64,000 nt of DNA from positions 29,571-93,570 of the forward strand of contig JACPJC010000001.1 in the NCBI GenBank assembly GCA_016187745.1, in the 5' to 3' direction. Position numbers and translations under genes: made by a program. Each line of letters begins with the position of its first letter. Position 1 is the first letter of the stretch. The DNA comes from Candidatus Iainarchaeum sp. GTDB lineage: Archaea; Iainarchaeota; Iainarchaeia; Iainarchaeales; JAXPJC01. The notes beneath the pieces were generated by a model. That model was not told the origin of the DNA and made no database searches. It was given only the letters and a program-made list of their open reading frames with translations. Shown in pieces: positions 44,210 through 53,166 of the stretch.

Positions 44210-45850
44210 TCAGCCGCTTACCTGCAATTTCGTCTGCTTTTTGTCAATGCAGGCGTCAACAAAACTGAAGAACAGCGGGGCAGGCCTTTCAAGGCTTGAC
44301 TTGAATTCAGGATGCGCCTGCGTTGCAACAAAAAACCTGTTTTTCGGGACTTCAACAAATTCCGCAAGCATCCCGTCCTTGGAGGTTCCGGAAATCAGCA
44401 TGCCGTTCCTCTCAAGCAGGTCATGGTAATCCGGATTCACCTCATAGCGGTGCCTGTGCCTTTCGCTTACAATTTTCTGCTTCCCGTAAATTTCCCAGAC
44501 CCTGCTTTTCTCCTTCAGGTATGCGGAGTAGGCGCCAAGGCGCATTGTAGCCCCCTTCCTTGAAATGTTTTTCTGCTCGGGCATTATGTCAATTATGGGA
44601 TTTTTTGTTTTTGCATCAACCTCTGTCGAGTTCGCGTCCTTTAAGTTGCAGACATCCCTTGCGAATTCCACAACAGCAAGCTGCAGGCCGAAGCACAGCC
44701 CGAGGAAGGGGATGTTTTTTTCGCGCGCATATCCAATAGCCTTTATTTTTCCCTCAGTCCCGCGCGTTCCGAAGCCCCCGGGCACAATAAGACCGCGCAC
44801 CCCTGAAAATGCATTCTCAATATTGGAATTCCCCTTCTCAAGGCTCTCGGAATCAATCCATTTGAGGTTTACCCTTGCATTTAAGTGCGCCCCCGCGTGG
44901 CTGAGCGCTTCCGCAATGCTCGCATAGGAATCCTTGAGCTTTGTGTATTTTCCGCAGAGCGCAATTGTTGTTTCGCCTGCTGGCTTTTTCATTTTTGAAA
45001 CAAGCGCCTGCCAGTTCTTCAGGTCCGCCTTGTGCCTTATGTTCAGCTTTCTTTCAATCAGCCCGCGCAGCCCCTCCTTCTCAAAAATCAATGGCAGCTC
45101 ATAAACGCTTTCAAGGTTTGGGCTGGAAAATACCGCTTGTACTGGAACATTGCAAAAAAGCGCAATCTTCTGTTTTGTCTTTTCCTCAAGGATGTGCCTG
45201 CTCCTTCCTATTATTACATCAGGCATTATTCCCTTCTCCCTGAGCAAATCAACGCTCTGCTGCGTCGGCTTTGTTTTCTGCTCATCCACTGCTTCCAGAA
45301 CAGGCACATATGAAAGGTGCGCAAACAGTACGTTTTCCGCGCCCAATTCAATGCGCATCTGCCTTGCGGCTTCCAGAAACAGCATGTTCTCTATATCCCC
45401 CACAGTTCCCCCGATCTCTATAAGCAGCATATCCGCGCCTTCCTCATTTGCAACTGAATAAAACGCTTCCTTTATTTCATCTGTCGCATGCGGAATCATC
45501 TGCACGGTTTTTCCAAGAAAATTCCCGTTCCTTTCCTTTTCCACAAGCCTCATGAAAATTTTTCCAGTAGTTAAATTCCAGGGGAATTTGCAGCTTATCC
45601 CCATAATTCTCTCATAATGGCCGAAATCCATGTCAACTTCTCCCCCGTCCTCAAGCACAAAAACCTCCCCGTGCTCAATGGGATTCATTGTGCCAGGGTC
45701 AACATTCAAATAGCCGTCGCACTTCATTGGCATGACTTTCAGTCTTGGGGAGAACAATTTCCCTATTGAGGCTGTAACAATGCCCTTTCCCAATCCGCTC
45801 AGCACTCCGCCGGTTATCACAATGAACTTGGTTTTTTTGTTCCAAGGCAT
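44210..45850 (-). CDS. pyrG: CTP synthase
   Basis: 546 aa. KFIVITGGVLSGLGKG...; C-terminal glutamine amidotransferase GLCFGLQ with catalytic Cys. Confidence 0.95.
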   Translation of the reverse strand: MPWNKKTKFIVITGGVLSGLGKGIVTASIGKLFSPRLKVMPMKCDGYLNVDPGTMNPIEHGEVFVLEDGGEVDMDFGHYERIMGISCKFPWNLTTGKIFMRLVEKERNGNFLGKTVQMIPHATDEIKEAFYSVANEEGADMLLIEIGGTVGDIENMLFLEAARQMRIELGAENVLFAHLSYVPVLEAVDEQKTKPTQQSVDLLREKGIMPDVIIGRSRHILEEKTKQKIALFCNVPVQAVFSSPNLESVYELPLIFEKEGLRGLIERKLNIRHKADLKNWQALVSKMKKPAGETTIALCGKYTKLKDSYASIAEALSHAGAHLNARVNLKWIDSESLEKGNSNIENAFSGVRGLIVPGGFGTRGTEGKIKAIGYAREKNIPFLGLCFGLQLAVVEFARDVCNLKDANSTEVDAKTKNPIIDIMPEQKNISRKGATMRLGAYSAYLKEKSRVWEIYGKQKIVSERHRHRYEVNPDYHDLLERNGMLISGTSKDGMLAEFVEVPKNRFFVATQAHPEFKSSLERPAPLFFSFVDACIDKKQTKLQVSG

Positions 45851-46022
45851 CTAAACCAAAACTCCCAATAAATTAGGCATAGAGGATATATAAAAGTTCT
45901 GCTTCCCTGCGGGTTAATGCTTCCTGCGGGGAATCCAGAAGATTCCAGCAAAAATTTCCACAGTGAATATCCTAAAGCAAAAAATAGCAAGCCTTTAAAA
46001 GCGGACATCAGGATATTATACT

Positions 46023-47201
46023 ATGGACACAAAAGGAATAGTGCTGAAGCCCGAATTTGAGAAGGCAATATTTGATTTGGGCTTTTCCGAATTCACGGAA
46101 ATACAGGAAAAATGTATTCCGCTTATACAGCAGGGAAAGGACTTAATCGGCCAGTCTTTTACCGGCTCCGGAAAAACAGCCGCATTCGGCTTTCCCACGC
46201 TTGAGAAAGTAATCCCCGGAAGGGGGATACAGCTGCTGGTCCTTGTTCCCACAAGGGAACTTTGCATCCAGGTGGCAAAAGAATTCAGGAAGTTTTCAAA
46301 ATACAGGAGAACATACATTACTGGAATATATGGCGGGGAATCAATAAACCCCCAGATATCCGACCTCAGGCGCGCGGATGTTGTTGTAGGCACCCCCGGA
46401 AGGCTTCTCGACCATCTTTCAAGGGGAACTTTTAATACAAGCGGCATAAAAATACTCGTCCTTGATGAGGCCGACAAGATGTTTGAAATGGGATTCATTG
46501 ATGACGTGAGAAGGATAATCTCAAGGGTTCCGGGAAACTGCCAGAAGCTGCTGTTCGGCGCGACACTGCCCCCGGAAATAATGGGCATTGCAAAGAATTA
46601 CCTGAACAATCCTGAAAGGGTCAAGATGCAGACCTATGTGGACAAGAGCAAGATAGTGCAGCATTACTATGATGTTGAGAAGGAGGACAAATTCTCCCTT
46701 CTGGTCCACATATTGAATAAGGAATTGGGCGGATTGGCAATTGTTTTTTGCGGCGCAAGGCACATTGTGGATGCCGTTAATAAAAACCTTAACAAGCAGA
46801 ACATAAAATCCCAGGCGCTTCACGGCGGAATGACGCAGAACAGGAGAAAGCAGGTAATAGACGCGTTCCACAGCCAGCAGCTTGATGTTTTAGTTGCAAG
46901 CGATGTTGCTGCGCGCGGGCTGGACATAAAGAACGTAACTCTCATAATAAATTACAACATCCCCAAAACCTCGCAGGAATATGTCCACAGGATAGGGCGG
47001 ACTGCAAGGGCCGGGGAAGAGGGAAAAGTGATTTCACTGCTGTCCTGGGACGATTATGGCAACTTCAGGAGAGTTCTCGAGGACAAATACATATTGATTC
47101 ACAAAATGGAAACCCCGCATTTTGAGCACGTGGAATTCGTAAAGCAGCAAAGATACGGCAGGCCCTCATACGGAAGGTTTTCAAGATACAGGCGCAGGTA
47201 A
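46023..47201 (+). CDS. DEAD-box ATP-dependent RNA helicase
   Basis: 392 aa. Q-motif, GSGKTAAF, PTRELC, VLDEADKM, SAT-like FGATLP, HRIGRTARAG. Confidence 0.9.
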   Translation: MDTKGIVLKPEFEKAIFDLGFSEFTEIQEKCIPLIQQGKDLIGQSFTGSGKTAAFGFPTLEKVIPGRGIQLLVLVPTRELCIQVAKEFRKFSKYRRTYITGIYGGESINPQISDLRRADVVVGTPGRLLDHLSRGTFNTSGIKILVLDEADKMFEMGFIDDVRRIISRVPGNCQKLLFGATLPPEIMGIAKNYLNNPERVKMQTYVDKSKIVQHYYDVEKEDKFSLLVHILNKELGGLAIVFCGARHIVDAVNKNLNKQNIKSQALHGGMTQNRRKQVIDAFHSQQLDVLVASDVAARGLDIKNVTLIINYNIPKTSQEYVHRIGRTARAGEEGKVISLLSWDDYGNFRRVLEDKYILIHKMETPHFEHVEFVKQQRYGRPSYGRFSRYRRR

Positions 47202-47237
47202 CATCCATTTCGCATATTGCCTGTTCAAAACTTTTAG

Positions 47238-47312
47238 TGGGGCAGGGAGGATTTGAACCCCCGTCTTGCGGTCCCGAACCACAGATCCTAGACCAGACTA
47301 GACTACTGCCCC
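47238..47312 (-). tRNA. tRNA-Pro, anticodon CGG
   Basis: The reverse complement GGGGCAGTAGTCTAGTCTGGTCTAGGATCTGTGGTTCGGGACCGCAAGACGGGGGTTCAAATCCTCCCTGCCCCA has a perfect 7-bp acceptor stem, anticodon stem TGTGG/CCGCA with loop TT-CGG-GA (G37), and T-arm GGGGG/CCTCC with TTCAAAT. The D-arm register is atypical. Confidence 0.7.
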
Positions 47313-47342
47313 TTAGCTATTATATTTTTGTTTGAATAAACT

Positions 47343-48161
47343 TTAAATCCCTCTTGTTGCAGAAATTACATAGGATTCCGAGAAGGGATAAAGAATCCAG
47401 CTACCCGGCATCGGCAAACGCCCTGCAATTCTGCTGGCAAATCCAAAAAAATCAAGCGCAGCCTTCTCAAGCGGTTTTGCAATTATCGGGATTTCCCTGT
47501 CGTCTTTTTTGAACAGGGGCGGGCGCAGCACTGCAAAGCCCAGACTCAAATGCGAAAATCCGTTTTTTGCCAATAATTCCATAAGCCCGCCTGCACTTAT
47601 GTTCTTCACATATACCCGTGGCATATCCGCATCGCGCAATTTGAAAAATCCGATTCCTGCAAAGAAGCGCCTTATCCGGGGGGAAACATCCCAGATGCCC
47701 GGGGTTGTTTTTGAGATTATGACCAGTTTTCCATTATGCTTCAGCATTTTGCTGATATTTTTGATTGCCCGCTCCTTGTTTTTGAAAGATTCCATAACCC
47801 GCACCATAAATATCTTATCAAATTTCTTCTTTGTCCTGTAATCCAGAAAATCGCATTTTACAAACTTTACATTTTTTTTGTTTGCCGCCTTTTTTGCAGC
47901 ATCCAGCATTTCGGCTGAAATGTCGATTGCAGTCAGCGTTTTGCAAAGCTTAGCGACTATTTTACTCCATATGCCTGTTCCGCATCCAATTTCAAGAATA
48001 TTTTCATCGGCTTGCGGCTTCAAAGCTGAAAGCAAAGCCCCTTTCGTCTGCCTGTAATCAAATTTTGCAGCCTCGGAGCAGAGCCATGCCCTCCCCGCAT
48101 AAACTGCAGAGCGCACATCAAAGAAATTCTCAACAAGCGCATGTTCTCTGTATTTTGGCAT
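47343..48161 (-). CDS. Class I SAM-dependent methyltransferase
   Basis: Motif I ILEIGCGTGIWS. The probable start is the ATG at 48161 (MPKYREH...), which avoids overlap with the upstream gene. Confidence 0.7.
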   Translation of the reverse strand: MPKYREHALVENFFDVRSAVYAGRAWLCSEAAKFDYRQTKGALLSALKPQADENILEIGCGTGIWSKIVAKLCKTLTAIDISAEMLDAAKKAANKKNVKFVKCDFLDYRTKKKFDKIFMVRVMESFKNKERAIKNISKMLKHNGKLVIISKTTPGIWDVSPRIRRFFAGIGFFKLRDADMPRVYVKNISAGGLMELLAKNGFSHLSLGFAVLRPPLFKKDDREIPIIAKPLEKAALDFFGFASRIAGRLPMPGSWILYPFSESYVISATRGI

Positions 48162-48168
48162 TTTGTTC

Positions 48169-48921
48169 TCACTGCAGAATATTTTTAAGCCTTCCAAAAT
48201 AATAAACCTTGTCCTCGACAGCAAAGACTTCAAATCCGGCCAAATCCTGCTGAAGGAAAGGGCTCAGGGGAATTTGCTTTGAAATATCGCTTCCTTCAGC
48301 AATTGCGCTTATCGCGGGCTGCGCAATCAGAATTTTCCCATCATAATTCCCTTTAAGGAAGCAGCGGTATTTTTCGGATTTTGCGCCCTCGCGCAGCGTA
48401 ATTGCGCAATGCTCATGCGCAATTATGAGAGTTTCTGCATTTCTGTAGTTTTCAGAATTCTCATCAATTGCCTTATCCCCATGCAAGATGAGCGCCTTTT
48501 CATGCTCCGCAAAAAACTCATTCACAATTTTTATTTCCTTCCAGCGCGCTATTGGGCCAAGAATATTGTCATGGTTTCCCTTTATTAGGATTATTTCCCC
48601 GCAGTGCGCCTGCAGGAATTCCAGCATGTCAAGGACTTCCTTCCACTCCTGCCGGGAAGGAACGCCAAACTCGTGCTTCAAATCCCCGTTTACAATAATC
48701 AATTCAGTTTTCTTTCTCTTTGCCTTCAATTCCGAGAAAGCCCTTTCAATGCGCTTTTTTATCTCATTGTAATTGACCCTTGGAATCATTACTCCCTGCT
48801 TGTTGAGCATTTCCTCATATCCCAGATGAAGATCAGCAATTACAAGTGCTTTTGATTTTTCCAAATAGAGGCACAAATCCGCAATCAGGATATTTTTAGC
48901 AATTATATTCTGCTCTTCCAT
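48169..48921 (-). CDS. Calcineurin-like metallophosphoesterase
   Basis: LVIADLHLG, GDLKH, GNHD, and HEH motifs. The probable start is the ATG at 48921. Confidence 0.75.
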   Translation of the reverse strand: MEEQNIIAKNILIADLCLYLEKSKALVIADLHLGYEEMLNKQGVMIPRVNYNEIKKRIERAFSELKAKRKKTELIIVNGDLKHEFGVPSRQEWKEVLDMLEFLQAHCGEIILIKGNHDNILGPIARWKEIKIVNEFFAEHEKALILHGDKAIDENSENYRNAETLIIAHEHCAITLREGAKSEKYRCFLKGNYDGKILIAQPAISAIAEGSDISKQIPLSPFLQQDLAGFEVFAVEDKVYYFGRLKNILQ

Positions 48922-48946
48922 AGGCGAATAATGCAGCGTTATTCTT

Positions 48947-49579
48947 TTATGCCTGCTTTTCAATTAGCGCAGACCAGAAATGGACTTTGTTTCTACTTCC
49001 CTTCTCAGTATATGTCCTTCTCCCAATCTTGAGTATCCTGAAATCCTTTGAGAATAACTCAGATATCAGTTCTTTAGTGAAGGTATAATCCGGCCAGTCA
49101 TTGAGCTCGCTGAAGCAGGTTACATGGTATTTTCCTTTCGGCTTAAGGACTCTTTTTATCTCGCCTATAAACCCTTTCCTGTCTTCAGGATGGATGTGAT
49201 GCAGGCACCCTCTATCAAAAACAAGCCCAAATTCCTTATCAGGGAACTTCGGCATTAGCACATCTCCGACTACAAACTTTGCCTCTGAATCCACTTTTGC
49301 CTTTTTTGAATTTTCCTTTGCAATCTCTATCGCCTTTTCAGAAATGTCAATTCCAATTGCTTCAAAGCCTTTTTTTGCAGCATAGATTGCATTTGTTCCA
49401 ATGCCGCAGCAAATATCAAGCACAGGCCCTCTAAATGACTTGTTTTTGACCAATGCAACCAGGTCCCTTGAAGGCCTGCCTTCATTCCAAGGAATTTTAT
49501 TTAAGGGCACTTCCCTGTAAATTCTGTCCCAGCGCCTGGCATCAGTATGCACCATAATACAACAAACCCATACAAACAT
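48947..49579 (-). CDS. Class I SAM-dependent methyltransferase
   Basis: Motif I VLDICCGIGTNAIY, post-I acidic residue IGIDIS, and VVGDV. An alternative start is the ATG at 49555. Confidence 0.7.
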   Translation of the reverse strand: MFVWVCCIMVHTDARRWDRIYREVPLNKIPWNEGRPSRDLVALVKNKSFRGPVLDICCGIGTNAIYAAKKGFEAIGIDISEKAIEIAKENSKKAKVDSEAKFVVGDVLMPKFPDKEFGLVFDRGCLHHIHPEDRKGFIGEIKRVLKPKGKYHVTCFSELNDWPDYTFTKELISELFSKDFRILKIGRRTYTEKGSRNKVHFWSALIEKQA

Positions 49580-49606
49580 TTAAAATAACTATCAATATGT
49601 GTTATT

Positions 49607-50161
49607 ATGTTTCACATGACGAAAATGCAAAAGCCGACTGAAATGCTTTCCGCGGAGCACCAGAACATACTGAAGCTTATTGCCGCGCTTGAGAAGGAGT
49701 GCGGAGCGCTTGAATCCGGAAAGCCGATTGACAGGGCGTTCTTCACAAAGGCAATTGATTTCATAAGGAACTATGCGGACAAATTCCACCATGCGAAGGA
49801 AGAGGACATTCTGTTTGTGGAATTGTGCAAGGATTCTGTCAGCATGCACTGCAATCCCACGGAGCAGATGCGCCATGAGCACGAAATAGGAAGGGGGTTC
49901 GTTAAGGGAATGGAAGAGGCGCTGAATTCAGGCAGCAGGCAGAAGCTGATTGAGAATGCGCAGGGATATGTGCAGCTGCTTCAGGAGCACATTTACAAGG
50001 AAGACAATATCCTCTATCCCATGGCTGATGAGGCGCTGGATGCGCAGATGCAGAAATCAATCCTCAATGAATTCGGGAATGCCGAGAAAAAGAGGTTTGC
50101 AAAGGGCGTTAAGGAAAAATACATTGCGCTTGCAAAGGAATTCGGAAAAAGGGCGGGGTAA
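49607..50161 (+). CDS. Hemerythrin-like (HHE cation-binding) domain protein
   Basis: 184 aa. His/Glu ligand spacing SAEHQ..., HHAKEE, HEHE, HIYKED. Confidence 0.65.
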   Translation: MFHMTKMQKPTEMLSAEHQNILKLIAALEKECGALESGKPIDRAFFTKAIDFIRNYADKFHHAKEEDILFVELCKDSVSMHCNPTEQMRHEHEIGRGFVKGMEEALNSGSRQKLIENAQGYVQLLQEHIYKEDNILYPMADEALDAQMQKSILNEFGNAEKKRFAKGVKEKYIALAKEFGKRAG

Positions 50162-50166
50162 GAAAG

Positions 50167-50493
50167 ATGGGCGGGGCGGGCAAACTGAATAAGAATTGGG
50201 TTAGCATCAAAGAGCTTATTGAGTATCCTAAGAGCGGCATACTCAGCAAGGAGCTTGCAAAAACACCAAAGAATAATATTACGCTTTTCTGCATGGCAAA
50301 GGGAACTGAACTTTCCGAGCACACCTCAACAAAGGAGGGATTTATTTATGTCCTTGAGGGAAAAGGAATTTTCAATTTAGAGGGGGAAAAAATCCCAATG
50401 AAACCCGGAATCTGCATATTCATGGAGCGAAACGCAAAGCATTCCCTCAAGGCGGAGCAGAACACCTCTTTCATACTTTCCCTGTGCGGGTAA
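50167..50493 (+). CDS. Cupin-domain protein
   Basis: 108 aa. The beta-barrel motif pattern (...SEHTSTKEGFIYVLEGKG...KPGICIFMERNAKHSL) fits a cupin. Confidence 0.6.
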   Translation: MGGAGKLNKNWVSIKELIEYPKSGILSKELAKTPKNNITLFCMAKGTELSEHTSTKEGFIYVLEGKGIFNLEGEKIPMKPGICIFMERNAKHSLKAEQNTSFILSLCG

Positions 50494-50497
50494 TGAA

Positions 50498-53089
50498 TCA
50501 TTCCCCTATTTTTCTCATTATCTTCTCATGCATGCGCTGTATGAACTGCAATCTTCCCTCAATGCGCATTATGTCCGCATAGCCCTGCGAGTACAGGTTA
50601 AGGGCAAAGGGGCTCGGCAGCTCTGCTGTTTTAATTTTTATTTCAATTTCCTTGTTTTCAATCCATTTGAGCAGTTGCTCCGCGTGCCTTATGTCCATGG
50701 CATCCTCAAGGACTTCCCTGCGCGTTTCCCTCAGTATCGGAAAATCATTGCCGATGCGCTTTACCGCGCTCAGCAACAGGCGCGCATTCATCTGCTGCTT
50801 TCCCACGGATTTTTCCCTTCCCCTGTAGGAGCGCAAAATCATTAAGGAGCGCGTTGCGCAGTGCCTAAAGCGCCTTCTGAATAATTCCGTGTCATCAATC
50901 GCCTTTTCAAGAACCATGCGCAGATTCCCGGATTTCAATAAACTGAAAGCGTGCTCAATCGGCATCTTTGTGTCCGCGCTCAAAATGAAGCCATTGTCAT
51001 CCAGCACTATTTCAATGTCCTTGTGCACCAATTTCCCAATTACATAGGCAAGCGCCCTGCTCAGCGCATCATTAGTGCGCCTTCCGAATGTTGAATGGAA
51101 AATCGCATGGCGCATTTCCTCCTCCTTGTATATTTCAACCAGCAGCTTTTCATTGTGCGGGATTTCGGCATATCTGAACTGCTCGTGGAAATATGAATAA
51201 ATCGCATTTGCCGCGTTTTTGTCCACATAGAGATAGGAATTTATGAAGTCAATTATTTCGGCTTTTGCCCTTCTCGCAGAGAATTTCTGCTCCATCAGTT
51301 TCCTGAATTTCTGTATTTCAAGCGCAAGGTCAAAGCTAAGCGGGAGCATTTCGCTGAACCAGCTTGGGACTGTGGGGGGCCTTTTCTCCGCGCCCGAAAC
51401 ATTTGCAACCATCCCGATTGCGTGCCTGAACACATAGCTCTGCCCGCCAAGGACAAAAACATCGCCCTTGTGCAGGCGCTCCAGAAAGCCCTCATCAATT
51501 GTGCCAATAACAAAATCACCCAATTTCACTTTCACGCGCGCTTCATCTGGGATAGTGCCAATGTTTGTCATATATAGAACGCGCGCAAGCTTCCCGCGCT
51601 TTCCGATTATTCCGGAAGCCTCATCATGCCAGATTTTAGCATAAACATTGCGAGTTTCCAGGCTTGTGTAAGTGCCGGAAAGGTAATTTATTATTTCAAG
51701 GAAGTCATTCCTGCCTAATGTGCAATAACAATAGCTGTGCCTTATTATTTTGAGCAGTTCATCAATGTGGATTTTTGAATCAATTGCAATTCCATAAATC
51801 TGCTGCGCAAGCACATCAAGCGCGTTTTTAGGAACTGAAATTTTATCAAGCTTCTTCTCAAGCGCATTTTTCAGCAGGACAGCGCACTCCACAAGGTCAT
51901 CCCTGTCCAGTACGACAATCCTGCCCTTTATCTGGTCATGCAGCTTGTGTCCGCTTCTTCCGGTGCGCTGTATTGCCCTTGCAACGCTCTTCGGGCTTCC
52001 CAAGAGTACAACAAGATCTATATAGCCGATGTCAATGCCCAACTCCAGGCTTGTAGATGATATTACTGCTTTCAGTTTCCCTTCCTTCAGCCTGTTCTCT
52101 GTATTTATGCGCAGTTCCCTGCTCAGTGAGGAATGGTGTGCCTCAATATTTGTTTTGCTGTAATATTTTGGATAATTCTCTTTCAAATAATGCACCACTC
52201 TTTCGGTAGCGGAGCGCGTGTTTGTAAATACAAGTGTTGTTTTGTGCTCCTGAATCAATTCGTGCAGCGTTTTGTATAGCGCGGAATGTATCTGCTCCTG
52301 CGTGACATTGATCAGGTCCGGAAGCGGCGAAAGCACCTTCAAATCCATTTTCTTCAGGAAATTCACATCAACAATCCTGCAGCCCCTTGGGGTTTCTGCA
52401 TTTTCCATTCCCACGAGGAATTTTGCAATTTCCTCAAGCGGGGCAATGGTTGCGCTCAGGCCGATGCGCGCGAAGTTCGGATTGTAGTGCTGCAGCCTTT
52501 CCATGCTTAATGAGAGGTGCATTCCGCGCTTGTTGTCAGCAAGGGAATGGATTTCATCCACAATAACCCATTTTATTTCCTGCAGATGCGCCTTGAAGCG
52601 CGGGCTGTTGAGGAGTATTGCGAATGATTCGGGAGTTGTAATTAAAATGTGCGGGGGCTTTGCGAGCATTTTTGCCCTTTCGCTTGCGGGGGTATCTCCC
52701 GTACGAACAGCAACCCTCACATTAATATCCTTCCCCAATTTTTTTCCGGCTTTTGTGATTTCAGCAAGAGGTTCCTTCAGATTTTTTTCAATGTCATTTG
52801 AAAGCGCGCGCAATGGCGAAATATAAAGGCAGTAAACCTTGTCCTCAAGCATTTTGCTTTCGGAAAGCGTTATTAATTCGCTCAGTACTGCTGCAAAAGC
52901 GCTTAGGGTTTTTCCAGTTCCTGTTTCTGCGCTCACAAGAGTGTTCTGGCGCTGATGGATATTCATTATTGCATAGCGCTGTGGCTCAGTAAAACTGCCA
53001 AACTTCCATCTGAACCACTTCGCAAGCAGGGGATTCAGCGCTGAGAATATCTCCTCATCCGAGTATTTTTGGACCTGGGTTTCTATCAT
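50498..53089 (-). CDS. lhr: Lhr-family large ATP-dependent helicase (DExH)
   Basis: 863 aa. ETGTGKTLSAF, VIVDEIHSL, SAT, helicase C-terminal QRTGRSGH; a long C-terminal Lhr-core-like extension. Confidence 0.8.
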   Translation of the reverse strand: MIETQVQKYSDEEIFSALNPLLAKWFRWKFGSFTEPQRYAIMNIHQRQNTLVSAETGTGKTLSAFAAVLSELITLSESKMLEDKVYCLYISPLRALSNDIEKNLKEPLAEITKAGKKLGKDINVRVAVRTGDTPASERAKMLAKPPHILITTPESFAILLNSPRFKAHLQEIKWVIVDEIHSLADNKRGMHLSLSMERLQHYNPNFARIGLSATIAPLEEIAKFLVGMENAETPRGCRIVDVNFLKKMDLKVLSPLPDLINVTQEQIHSALYKTLHELIQEHKTTLVFTNTRSATERVVHYLKENYPKYYSKTNIEAHHSSLSRELRINTENRLKEGKLKAVISSTSLELGIDIGYIDLVVLLGSPKSVARAIQRTGRSGHKLHDQIKGRIVVLDRDDLVECAVLLKNALEKKLDKISVPKNALDVLAQQIYGIAIDSKIHIDELLKIIRHSYCYCTLGRNDFLEIINYLSGTYTSLETRNVYAKIWHDEASGIIGKRGKLARVLYMTNIGTIPDEARVKVKLGDFVIGTIDEGFLERLHKGDVFVLGGQSYVFRHAIGMVANVSGAEKRPPTVPSWFSEMLPLSFDLALEIQKFRKLMEQKFSARRAKAEIIDFINSYLYVDKNAANAIYSYFHEQFRYAEIPHNEKLLVEIYKEEEMRHAIFHSTFGRRTNDALSRALAYVIGKLVHKDIEIVLDDNGFILSADTKMPIEHAFSLLKSGNLRMVLEKAIDDTELFRRRFRHCATRSLMILRSYRGREKSVGKQQMNARLLLSAVKRIGNDFPILRETRREVLEDAMDIRHAEQLLKWIENKEIEIKIKTAELPSPFALNLYSQGYADIMRIEGRLQFIQRMHEKIMRKIGE

Positions 53090-53166
53090 ATATATCTTCT
53101 ACATAACAGAATGCTGTTAAGCAAGCACTTACATATAATATATAGAATAGAAATAAAAATGAATTA

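Noticed and set aside
46016-46588. 190-aa minus-strand ORF overlapping the DEAD-box helicase gene
   Set aside because: Antisense shadow of a gene with all helicase motifs intact; no motifs of its own.
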